In this document: in pieces, positions 7,171-15,406 of the stretch
Layout: each line of letters starts with the position of its first letter
Numbering within the stretch: the stretch's first letter is position 1
Assembly (NCBI GenBank): GCA_044236265.1
Contig: JBIIGV010000058.1
Span: 1-18,430 of the forward strand
Source of the DNA: Oligoflexales bacterium
GTDB taxonomy: Bacteria > Bdellovibrionota_B > Oligoflexia > Oligoflexales > RGVZ01
Length of the DNA stretch: 18,430 nt
Direction of reading: 5' to 3'
Notes under the pieces: model-generated
What the model was told of the DNA's origin: nothing
Databases searched by the model: none
Seen by the model: the letters and a program-made list of their open reading frames with translations, nothing else
Translations under genes and position numbers: made by a program

Positions 7171-8777
7171 AGCACAATCATCGCCCACAGTATTTCACCG
7201 AACCAGGGGAATCCTTGTGGACGAGGTGTGTTTGGGACCGAGAGCTTGCGTCCACCATTGATCAAATATCCTGCGAACAGTTCCATTTGGCACCAGCGGC
7301 ACTCATGGAGTCGGCTGGTCGCGCAGTGGCGAAGGCTGCCGTTGATCGCGGAGCAGGATCTCATCCAGTGCTTGTTATTTGTGGTCCAGGAAATAATGGC
7401 GGCGATGGACTGGTCGCTGCCAGATATCTGCATGATCAGGGATGCAGCGTCACGATCGTTGTCGCTAGCGAGGTTGGCAAAAAGCCATCACCACTTTTCC
7501 TCCAGCAACAGAGTACCGTCGAGGAAATGGGGCTTATCATAACGCCCTGGCAACCCGGAACTCTCACAGCCCTGCGTCTTTCAAAACCCATTATCATCGA
7601 TGCTATCTCAGGTCTCGGATTTCGCCCACCCTCCAGTGGGGTTATGTCAGGAATCCTCTCGGAGGCTGCGACCATTGCGGGTGCGACTGTGATCGCTGTC
7701 GATACTCCATCAGGACTTTCTGTTGATGATGGTTCGGTGATGTCAGCACTTCTAAAAGCCCATGAAACTGTAACCTTCGGATCGTCTCGCCCCATTCATC
7801 GTCTAATGCCTGGAGCTGCCCTCTGCGGGCATGTTACCGTCGCCGATATTGGCTTTCCCAAAGCCGCCATCGAACGCTCACTTGTTTCAAAACAGGCGGT
7901 TTGGCGAGAGGTTGATCCTCAGTCAGTCTTGCAAGCTGATCCATGGCAACAGCTACCCAAGAACGCTCACAAATACGACCGCGGTCACGTTTTGGTCATC
8001 GGCGGCTCAGAGGGAAAATTAGGTGCACCGATTATGGCAGGACTTGCGGCACTGCGCAGTGGTGCTGGCTGGTGCTCCATTGCCGTACCTCGTGGGCAAG
8101 CCCCAGTCGACATGCCTATTCCTGTTGAGCTGACCGTCGAAAACTTTTTTGATGGCGCCAATATTGACCCGGAGCGTTTAAGACGTTTTATTGATGAAAG
8201 GCGCGTGGCAGCTGTGATTGTTGGCCCTGGCTGGATGCGACAGTGTCTGGATCTTGCGTCGTTTACGGTACTGCGGGATTTTGCGTCTATTGGAGGGAAA
8301 GTCATCCTGGACGCCGGAGCACTCCACAATATCACCGCACTAATTGCGAAACAGGGTTCATTGCCGCACGAGCATTTTATTTTGACACCCCATCATGGCG
8401 AGTGGCTTAAACTAGGCGATGCTCCGACGCTTCCGCCGTTAACACCTGCCGGTGTTATTGCTGCAAATCACATGACCCAGGCGTTGGGAGCGCACATCAT
8501 ATACAAGAATGCCGCTCCAGTGATTATGTCACCGAAAAAATCGTCTCCGATCATCTGTCTATCAGGAACCTCCGCGTTGTCGAGAGCAGGCTCTGGAGAT
8601 TTGCTGGCAGGCATCATTGGAGCCCACCTCGCGGCGGGATGTTCACTCAACTTCGCGGCAGCAAGAGGCTACACCCTGCTGGCAAGAGCGGCGTGGATGG
8701 CTGCACAAGATGTTGGAGATGACGCTGTGATTGCGTCAGACATACTCACAAGAGTCGGAATCGCAAACCGACTTTAA
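7167..8777 (+). CDS. nnr: Bifunctional NAD(P)H-hydrate epimerase / ADP-dependent dehydratase (YjeF)
   Basis: Epimerase motifs LMESAG, ICGPGNNGGDG, AVDTPSG, TVTFG. Dehydratase motifs HKYDRGHVLVIGGS, AALRSGAG, VGPG, LTPH.GE, GSGDLLAG. Confidence 0.95.
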   Translation: MKHNHRPQYFTEPGESLWTRCVWDRELASTIDQISCEQFHLAPAALMESAGRAVAKAAVDRGAGSHPVLVICGPGNNGGDGLVAARYLHDQGCSVTIVVASEVGKKPSPLFLQQQSTVEEMGLIITPWQPGTLTALRLSKPIIIDAISGLGFRPPSSGVMSGILSEAATIAGATVIAVDTPSGLSVDDGSVMSALLKAHETVTFGSSRPIHRLMPGAALCGHVTVADIGFPKAAIERSLVSKQAVWREVDPQSVLQADPWQQLPKNAHKYDRGHVLVIGGSEGKLGAPIMAGLAALRSGAGWCSIAVPRGQAPVDMPIPVELTVENFFDGANIDPERLRRFIDERRVAAVIVGPGWMRQCLDLASFTVLRDFASIGGKVILDAGALHNITALIAKQGSLPHEHFILTPHHGEWLKLGDAPTLPPLTPAGVIAANHMTQALGAHIIYKNAAPVIMSPKKSSPIICLSGTSALSRAGSGDLLAGIIGAHLAAGCSLNFAAARGYTLLARAAWMAAQDVGDDAVIASDILTRVGIANRL

Positions 8778-8799
8778 TCAGAAATGAGTTTTAAATTTA

Positions 8800-9012
8800 T
8801 CAATAGCAGCGAAGATCTCCGCGAATCTTAACAACGCGGGTACCACCGGATCGATGGCAACGATTAACCGCCTTCTGCATGTCGTAAGCCTCTTGCTCAC
8901 TGATCGGTTGGCTGCCCCCCTCATTCCCCAAGACGGAAAAACCGCTCACGGACTGACAGCCTGACAACACAGCAAAACCAGCAATCATCAGAGACGAAAA
9001 AAAGACTTTCAT
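8800..9012 (-). CDS. Small lipoprotein (70 aa)
   Basis: SD GGAGGT; lipobox LSG-C19; C-terminal C-x3-GG-x11-C segment. Confidence 0.85.
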   Translation of the reverse strand: MKVFFSSLMIAGFAVLSGCQSVSGFSVLGNEGGSQPISEQEAYDMQKAVNRCHRSGGTRVVKIRGDLRCY

Positions 9013-9053
9013 CGCATACCTCCAAACATGGAAAAGGCATCCAATCTTCTCTT

Positions 9054-9062
9054 ATTTTAACA
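9054..9062 (-). promoter_or_regulatory. Possible extended -10 promoter for the small lipoprotein
   Basis: TG-T-TAAAAT about 40 nt upstream of ATG 9012. Confidence 0.4.
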
Positions 9063-9080
9063 TATGTGGAGATAAAACTA

Positions 9081-9422
9081 TTAGCCTTCGATCTTCTCGA
9101 CGATAAGCTCCATCAGTTCGTGAGAGCGGCCTTGAAACTCTTTGACCCGGTACGTGTCATCAAACCACTCCCGAATTGGATCTTTTTCGGCTTTTTTTGC
9201 CATTTTCACCAAGTCGTCGTATGTCTTCGTTAGCTCAACCATCCGCTCCATAACGCCGGTTGCTGCAGGGTTATTTGGAGTGTAAATCTCGCGAATATAG
9301 CGAAAGATGAAATACACGGTTACAGGATCAAGCTCAGACGCTGTTTTATAAATTGTAGCGGCATTGGCGGTGCCGTTTTCAATGGCATCCAGAGTCCACT
9401 GCGCGTTTCTTAACTCACTCAT
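9081..9422 (-). CDS. Hypothetical all-helical protein (113 aa)
   Basis: SD AAGGGGG 6 nt before ATG 9422, preferred over TTG 9428; plausible protein composition. Confidence 0.8.
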   Translation of the reverse strand: MSELRNAQWTLDAIENGTANAATIYKTASELDPVTVYFIFRYIREIYTPNNPAATGVMERMVELTKTYDDLVKMAKKAEKDPIREWFDDTYRVKEFQGRSHELMELIVEKIEG

Positions 9423-9554
9423 GAGCAACCCCTTTTTCTGATGGGAGACCGGTTCACTTCTTATAATTTACCACAATTGCCCAAATAGCAAAAAACATTT
9501 ACGATTTTACTCCTGTGCTGTCCCGAGCAAAATCCGCTGAGGAGGAAATGTACA

Positions 9555-11987
9555 ATGTCTCAACGATTAAAAATTCGCCGCGCTGCCGTCCTTGGTTCCG
9601 GAGTGATGGGCGCTCAAATAGCTGCTCTTCTATCCGCAGCAGGCATTCGCGTCCATCTGCTCGATCTCGCGAGCCAGGAACCTCCGAAAGATCCGAAAGA
9701 AGCAAAGGTGGTTGGGAAAAATATCCGCTCAGCACGAAGCATTCTGGCTATCGAAAATCTAAAAAGCCTGAAGCCTTCCCCTCTTTTCACGCCTGCAGTT
9801 CTATCAGGGATCATCCCAGGAAATTTTGATGACGACATGGCAGTCTTGCGCGAATGCGACTGGGTGCTAGAGGCGGTGATTGAAAAACTTGATATCAAAC
9901 AGAAACTTTTTGCCCGCGTGATGGAGTACGCAAAACCAGGAATTCCCATTACCACAAACACATCGGGCATCAAACTGGAAGACATTGCTAAAGACATGCC
10001 TGAACAATTTGTCACGAACTTTTTTGGCACGCACTTCTTCAATCCACCACGTTACATGAAGCTTCTAGAGATCATTCCACATGGGTTGACAAGAAAAGAT
10101 TTGGTTGCCGATTTCAGTAAATGGTCAGAGGAAACGCTAGGCAAGGGTGTCGTGCACGCCTTTGATACTGTCAACTTTATAGCTAATCGCATCGGAGTCT
10201 TTGTCAACCAGGCAACGCTCCAAGCGATGGCAAAATTCGATTTGAATATTGAGACGGTTGACGCCCTCACCGGGAAGTTGATGGGACGCCCCTCCTCAGC
10301 AACATTCAGAACAATGGATGTTGTGGGTCTGGATACGTTTGCACATGTCTCGAAAAATACATTTGAGCGAGTGCCAAATGACCCTTACCGTGAATGGTTC
10401 AAGATGCCAAAATGGATTGACGATCTCATTGCAGCAGGTCGACTCGGTCAAAAATCAAACAATGTTGGCTGTTACAAGAAAGATAAGGACGCGGCCGGGA
10501 AAACTGTGATTCTGGCCCTGCGCCCTTCCACTGGAGACTATGTCAGCCAAGCTCCAGCCGATGTGCCATGGGGCGCCCAAACGGCTAAAGAGCCAGATTT
10601 AATCAAACGACTCTCGATTGTTCTCGAACAGAAAGACCCCTATGCCCAATTTGTGTGGCATATTCTACGTGACACTTTCAGCTACTCGGCTTTACTGATG
10701 GATGACATCGCAGGAGGAATCCCCAAGCCCATCGACGAAGGTCTTAAATGGGGATTTAACTGGGAGATGGGTCCCTTTGAACTATGGCAAGGACTCGGGT
10801 ATGACAAAGTCCTGAAGCGCATGCAGGACGAAGGCGTTAAGCTTCCATCATGGTGCAAACCAGGTATCAAATTTTATGATGTAGCTCCAGGAACCATGGA
10901 TTGGACACTAAGCGGTCCATCGGACCAATTCTTTAGCCAAAAACCAGCGCGTCCGAAAATCCCATTGGAAAATCACAAGTTCAGATTACCTAAATTCCAG
11001 ACTGATGCTGACAAACGGGTTGTGATGAGTACGAAAAACGCATCACTTGTCGACATTGGCGACGGCGTGGCATGCCTAACCTTTCATAGTAAAATGAATG
11101 CACTCGACAGCAGCATTGTTGAGTTTATGCTGAAGTCGGTACCAAAAGTATCAGAGTCATTCGATGCAATGGTCATTGGCAATGAGGGAGATGCATTCTC
11201 AGCAGGTGCCAATCTCAAGGAGATTCTTGAGGTCATTGGCAAAAAAGACTGGCCAACCCTGGACAAATTCATACGCACATTCCAAGGCGCCATGCAAATG
11301 ATCAAGTTTGCACCGTTCCCGGTCGTAGCTGGGGTTCACGGACTTGCTCTCGGCGGCGGCTGCGAGACAACACTGCACTGTGCGCACCGCGTGCTTGCTG
11401 GCGAAACATATGCTGGTCTCGTAGAAATCGGTGTTGGCCTGTTACCGGCTGGGGGCGGCACAAAGGAGCTCGCTCTTCGCTGTTACGATCTGATGACGGT
11501 GGCAGAGCGTCCAGATCCCATGCAGTTCTTGCAGCGGGCATTCTTGCTCATTGGCATGGCAAGAACCTCAACATCTGCGCACGAAGCGATTGAAATGGGA
11601 CTTATGCCTCAATCGTCCACGATCTCTCTATCACGCGAGCATGTGGTCGCGCGTGCGAAAGCACAAGCACTGCATATGGTTCAATGTGGATATGTCCCGC
11701 CAACGCCACGCACTGAGATCAAGGTTGTTGGAGACCCTGGCGTACAGACCTTCCGCATGATGCTATACAACATGCTAGAGCAAAAGCAGGTATCTAAACA
11801 CGATGCATTTATTGCAGAACGCATTGCACGAGTCCTTTGCGGCGGCGAGATTGATGGCGGAATGGCGGTTTCTGAGCAGTATCTGCTTGATCTTGAGCGC
11901 GAAGCGTTTGTTGAACTTTGCCAAACAGAAAAAACCCAAGCTCGCATTGAACACATGCTCAAGACAGGCAGCCCACTGCGCAACTAA
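9555..11987 (+). CDS. fadN: 3-hydroxyacyl-CoA dehydrogenase / enoyl-CoA hydratase (FadN type, HAD domain N-terminal)
   Basis: AVLGSGVMGAQIA Rossmann motif, EAVIEKLDIK, TNTSG, HFFNPPRYMKLLE, FIANRIG. C-terminal crotonase motifs FSAGANL, ALGGGCE, GLVEIGVGLLPAGGG; ends LKTGSPLRN. SD GAGGAGG. Confidence 0.95.
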   Translation: MSQRLKIRRAAVLGSGVMGAQIAALLSAAGIRVHLLDLASQEPPKDPKEAKVVGKNIRSARSILAIENLKSLKPSPLFTPAVLSGIIPGNFDDDMAVLRECDWVLEAVIEKLDIKQKLFARVMEYAKPGIPITTNTSGIKLEDIAKDMPEQFVTNFFGTHFFNPPRYMKLLEIIPHGLTRKDLVADFSKWSEETLGKGVVHAFDTVNFIANRIGVFVNQATLQAMAKFDLNIETVDALTGKLMGRPSSATFRTMDVVGLDTFAHVSKNTFERVPNDPYREWFKMPKWIDDLIAAGRLGQKSNNVGCYKKDKDAAGKTVILALRPSTGDYVSQAPADVPWGAQTAKEPDLIKRLSIVLEQKDPYAQFVWHILRDTFSYSALLMDDIAGGIPKPIDEGLKWGFNWEMGPFELWQGLGYDKVLKRMQDEGVKLPSWCKPGIKFYDVAPGTMDWTLSGPSDQFFSQKPARPKIPLENHKFRLPKFQTDADKRVVMSTKNASLVDIGDGVACLTFHSKMNALDSSIVEFMLKSVPKVSESFDAMVIGNEGDAFSAGANLKEILEVIGKKDWPTLDKFIRTFQGAMQMIKFAPFPVVAGVHGLALGGGCETTLHCAHRVLAGETYAGLVEIGVGLLPAGGGTKELALRCYDLMTVAERPDPMQFLQRAFLLIGMARTSTSAHEAIEMGLMPQSSTISLSREHVVARAKAQALHMVQCGYVPPTPRTEIKVVGDPGVQTFRMMLYNMLEQKQVSKHDAFIAERIARVLCGGEIDGGMAVSEQYLLDLEREAFVELCQTEKTQARIEHMLKTGSPLRN

Positions 11988-12019
11988 GATCTTTTAACGA
12001 ACCAACGAGGTATCAGCCC

Positions 12020-13207
12020 ATGACAGCGAAAGCAGCATATATTGTTTCTCCTTACCGAAGTGCCGTTGGCAAAGCTTTCCGTGGCGGCTTCAAAGCCAAG
12101 CGCCCAGACGATCTTTGTGCAGATGTCATCAAAGGCATCCTCGAACGGACGCCAAAGTTTGATCCTGCACTGATCGAGGATGTTATCGTGGGCTGCGCCA
12201 TGCCAGAGGCAGAACAAGGGATGAACGTCGCACGATTTATCGTTTTGCTATCAGGACTTCCAGAGTCGGTATCAGGAGTCACGGTGAATAGATTTTGTTC
12301 GTCGGGCCTGCAAACAATTGCCATGGCTGCCGATCGTGTGATGGCCGGGCAAGCTGATTGCATTTTAGCCGGCGGAACGGAGAGCATGTCACTGATACCC
12401 ATGATGGGTCATAAGGTCGTTGGAAGCCGTCAAATGAATGATTTGCACCCTGCGGCTTACCTTGGAATGGGTATGACAGCCGAAAACGTTTCCGTTGATT
12501 TCAAAGTTTCCAGGGCTGATCAGGATAAATTTGCCTTTGATAGCCACCAAAAGGCGTGCAAGGCCATTGAGAAGGGTCTATTTAAAGACGAAATCATTCC
12601 GATTAAGGCCGTGTCACGATTACCCAAAGACGGTGGGAAAGTCGATATACGCGAGCAAATGGTCGATACTGATGAAGGACCACGTGCCGACACAACCATT
12701 GACGCCCTGGCAAAACTTCGGCCTGCATTTCTTCAAGCCGGAGGCACGGTGACGGCTGGTAACAGCTCTCAGATGAGTGATGGAGCGGCGATGTGTTTTG
12801 TTTGCAGCGAAGATTTTGTCAAAAAGCACAATCTAAAACCAATGGCCCGTTTTGCGGGATTCTCGGTCGCAGGAGTTCCTCCGCGCGTCATGGGCATTGG
12901 ACCAATAGCTGCGATTCCAAAAGCGTGTAAGCTAGCAGGAATATCTCCAGACAAAATTGAGCGAATTGAATTGAACGAAGCATTTGCCGCCCAAGCTTTG
13001 GCTGTGGTTAGAAATCTTCAACTCGACCCCGAGCGAATAAATGTCACCGGTGGCGCGATTGCGCTCGGCCATCCACTAGGAGCGACAGGAGCAAAACTGA
13101 CTGCTACGCTTCTCCATGGCATGAAGCGAGATAAACAAAAATGGGGTATGGTCTCCATGTGTATCGGAACCGGCATGGGTGCCGCAGGCATCTTTGAATT
13201 GCTTTAA
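12020..13207 (+). CDS. fadA: Acetyl-CoA C-acyltransferase (3-ketoacyl-CoA thiolase)
   Basis: NRFCSSG (catalytic Cys), NEAFAAQ, GGAIALGHPLGATG, CIGTGMG; directly downstream of fadN. Confidence 0.96.
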   Translation: MTAKAAYIVSPYRSAVGKAFRGGFKAKRPDDLCADVIKGILERTPKFDPALIEDVIVGCAMPEAEQGMNVARFIVLLSGLPESVSGVTVNRFCSSGLQTIAMAADRVMAGQADCILAGGTESMSLIPMMGHKVVGSRQMNDLHPAAYLGMGMTAENVSVDFKVSRADQDKFAFDSHQKACKAIEKGLFKDEIIPIKAVSRLPKDGGKVDIREQMVDTDEGPRADTTIDALAKLRPAFLQAGGTVTAGNSSQMSDGAAMCFVCSEDFVKKHNLKPMARFAGFSVAGVPPRVMGIGPIAAIPKACKLAGISPDKIERIELNEAFAAQALAVVRNLQLDPERINVTGGAIALGHPLGATGAKLTATLLHGMKRDKQKWGMVSMCIGTGMGAAGIFELL

Positions 13208-14077
13208 ATGATCAAAAAACGCACGAGAAAAAATAATCGCGTGACACCAAAGGCCTCCTGGGAGGCCTTTGTCATGACCATCACTGTTTTCGTCGTGACA
13301 AGTTGCAACCATCTTTTTTACCATCCCCACGCGAATATTTATTTGACGCCAAAAAAAATCGATCTTGAATACTTGGAGACGACTGTTCCAAGTTCGGACG
13401 GAGTCCAGTTACAGGCATGGAAGATCCCAGCTGAAAATCCACCAAAACACAAAACAGCGATCATACAGTTTCACGGTAACGCCGAAAATCGATCCACCCA
13501 TTTTTTGTCAGTGGCATGGCTGGCCCCGCGAGGGGTCGACGTCGTTGTATTTGATTACCGCGGCTATGATGGTTCGACAGGAACCCCTTCAAGGCATGGG
13601 GTTGTAGAGGACGGCGTTGCCATGCTCAAGTGGTTTCAGCGCGAGTACCCCAACTCAAGGCGCTTTGTCATCGGACAAAGCCTCGGTGGCGCTGTGGCAA
13701 TCACATCTCTGGCAAAAAGCGGCGCCAAGATTGATGGTTTGATACTTGAAAGCACATTTTCGTCCTACCGCGGCGTTGCCAGGCAAGTCCTAGCGCGTCA
13801 CTGGCTGACATGGCCCTTCCAATGGTTGCCCTGGATTCTACTAAGCGGTGATGAAGATCCAGAGGACTACATCAATCAAATCAAAGTACCCATTTTGGCT
13901 TACCATGATCGTCGTGACCCAGTAGTCCCCTATGCTGCAGGTGAAAGTCTTTACCAGAAACTGCCATCTGATCAAATCACCTTGCGCTCATTTGATGGCA
14001 ACAAGCACACGCAAGCCTTTGCCAGTGATAGAAAAGATGAAATCGACGCGTTACTAAAATTTTTAAATGTAAAATGA
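13208..14077 (+). CDS. Alpha/beta hydrolase, probably a lipoprotein
   Basis: FHGNAEN, FDYRGY, nucleophile GQSLG, ILESTF, D(PVV) and H(T) triad. VTS-C followed by NHLFYHP is lipobox-like. The start abuts the fadA stop (TAA ATG); alternative start at 13274. Confidence 0.9.
   Translation: MIKKRTRKNNRVTPKASWEAFVMTITVFVVTSCNHLFYHPHANIYLTPKKIDLEYLETTVPSSDGVQLQAWKIPAENPPKHKTAIIQFHGNAENRSTHFLSVAWLAPRGVDVVVFDYRGYDGSTGTPSRHGVVEDGVAMLKWFQREYPNSRRFVIGQSLGGAVAITSLAKSGAKIDGLILESTFSSYRGVARQVLARHWLTWPFQWLPWILLSGDEDPEDYINQIKVPILAYHDRRDPVVPYAAGESLYQKLPSDQITLRSFDGNKHTQAFASDRKDEIDALLKFLNVK
13248..13271 (+). promoter_or_regulatory. Perfect inverted repeat after the fadA stop, containing GGAGG
   Basis: CAAAGGCCTCC-tg-GGAGGCCTTTG with 11-nt arms; GGAGG sits 8 nt before in-frame ATG 13274. 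Confidence 0.55.
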
Positions 14078-14083
14078 CAACAA

Positions 14084-14131
14084 GGGCCAGCCAACCGACC
14101 GCCTTTATTCGCGGAGTCGATTAGCTGGCCC
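14084..14131 (-). terminator. Long hairpin terminator between convergent genes, folding best on the minus strand
   Basis: Minus strand GGGCCAGCTAATCGAC...GTCGGTTGGCTGGCCC forms 16 bp with two GU pairs (these are C-A mismatches on +), followed by TTGTTGTCATTTT. Confidence 0.75.
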
Positions 14132-14142
14132 AAGCTTAGATT

Positions 14143-14652
14143 TTAGAGTCTTTCTACAACGCAGAAAGCTACTGGATTAGGGATGACGGGCATTGAGCAG
14201 GTTAACACCGAAGCTGCAACAGCACGATAGTTTGGATTGATTCCAGCATTAACGTTCAAACCATGCTTCGAAAGAATGGTAAACAAGTCATCAGATGCTT
14301 TTCCTACAATCCCGGAGAAAGACTCGAGGCTGCCAGTCTCTGCATTGACGGCATCATAATTACAACGGGTCTTACGAGCTGGGTTAGCAAGATCTTTGTC
14401 ACAACGAAGATTTTTGATGCGGAGATTTGTTGCGCCGATCAAGTGATCCGTATCTTGGACGCCAAGATTTTCAAGAGCAGAAAATAAACTATTTGCGTCA
14501 GATCCTTCAATTTCAACAACATCAGTCACAGGCTTGATATGAGCAGGTTGCGAATCATGAGTTAGCTTCGCTCCAGAACGCAGCTCGCTTCCGCAAGAAT
14601 TTATCAAGGAAGCAAGAACCATTAGACTGCACGCGTTAAACAATCGCTTCAT
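14143..14652 (-). CDS. Lipoprotein with two tandem Cys-paired domains (169 aa)
   Basis: SD AGGAG; lipobox-like INS-C20; internal duplication of residues ~46-99 and ~113-166. Confidence 0.85.
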   Translation of the reverse strand: MKRLFNACSLMVLASLINSCGSELRSGAKLTHDSQPAHIKPVTDVVEIEGSDANSLFSALENLGVQDTDHLIGATNLRIKNLRCDKDLANPARKTRCNYDAVNAETGSLESFSGIVGKASDDLFTILSKHGLNVNAGINPNYRAVAASVLTCSMPVIPNPVAFCVVERL

Positions 14653-14712
14653 AAAAACATCTCCTATAGTTTGGGCAAAAAGCGGCCTGGCCGCGGATTC
14701 TGCCTACCACCG

Positions 14713-14729
14713 AGCAAACTCCGGGCCAA
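14713..14729 (-). promoter_or_regulatory. Sigma54 (RpoN) -24/-12 promoter
   Basis: TTGGCCCG-GAGT-TTGCT versus TGGCACG-N4-TTGCW, with exact GG-N10-GC spacing, about 60 nt upstream of ATG 14652. Confidence 0.7.
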
Positions 14730-14834
14730 TGCCTATTTTTAATAAGCCTCGAAAACAACAGCGTTTGGCCAATGGGCCACACGCGGGGATGTCAAAAACA
14801 CACTAAAACTGTCGAAATAATGGCCGAAATTCAG

Positions 14835-14870
14835 CTGACCATTCAGCCAGTTAACTGGTCAGTCGGTCAG
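14835..14870 (-). terminator. Interrupted hairpin at the stop of 14867..15319
   Basis: Minus strand CTGACC-gactga-CCAGTTAACTGG-ctgaat-GGTCAG, with a 12-bp palindromic core at 14847-14858 and a weak U-tract. Confidence 0.4.
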
Positions 14871-15319
14871 TTTTTGATGAGGTCAACGAACGATTTAATT
14901 TTCACTTCGCGGGCGTCAGTTGCAACGGCTTTGATGTTGTCAGCAATCGCCTCGTCAATCGATGGAAATGCACCACGAACGCGCGGAATTTTGATCCACT
15001 GGCTACCTGACATATTAGGCTTCAAATCGTCCGCTCTGACAGGGGCGGTGATTTCAAATCCACCGCGATTAAGCAGTGTCACATCAAACTGAATCAACGC
15101 TAGGTGCTGCTTGCCACGATTGTACACCTCCACCAAAACCCGTCCATCCGACCCTCTCGCACCGGGTGGGGTCACTTTGATATCAATGTGCGACCCTCGT
15201 TCTGGACGTGGACGGTAGGCCTGCGTGTGCGGAACAAGCTTGCTCCGTACTTTTTGCGCATATGCCGTCGGCACAAACAGCATTACAAATAGTAGTAAAA
15301 CATAAAATCGTGTATTCAT
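14867..15319 (-). CDS. Secreted hypothetical protein, beta-rich and possibly Ig-like (150 aa)
   Basis: GGAG SD before ATG 15319; signal peptide MNTRFYVLLLFVMLFVPTAYA|Q; strand pattern VLVEVYNRG...IQFDVTLLNRGG. The ORF-track start 15403 runs through the promoter region. Confidence 0.85.
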   Translation of the reverse strand: MNTRFYVLLLFVMLFVPTAYAQKVRSKLVPHTQAYRPRPERGSHIDIKVTPPGARGSDGRVLVEVYNRGKQHLALIQFDVTLLNRGGFEITAPVRADDLKPNMSGSQWIKIPRVRGAFPSIDEAIADNIKAVATDAREVKIKSFVDLIKN

Positions 15320-15343
15320 CTTACTCTCCACTACATCTATGAT

Positions 15344-15352
15344 ATTATAGCA
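15344..15352 (-). promoter_or_regulatory. Extended -10 sigma70 promoter
   Basis: Perfect TG-C-TATAAT about 25 nt upstream of ATG 15319. Confidence 0.6.
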
Positions 15353-15406
15353 TAAAACATTTGCCAGAAAATAAATTCGGCGGACTCTTAAAGACTTGGG
15401 CACCCC

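Noticed and set aside
15350..15366. Sigma54-like TGGCA...TGC on the minus strand
   Set aside because: GG-to-GC spacing is 12, not the required 10; an extended -10 explains the site better.
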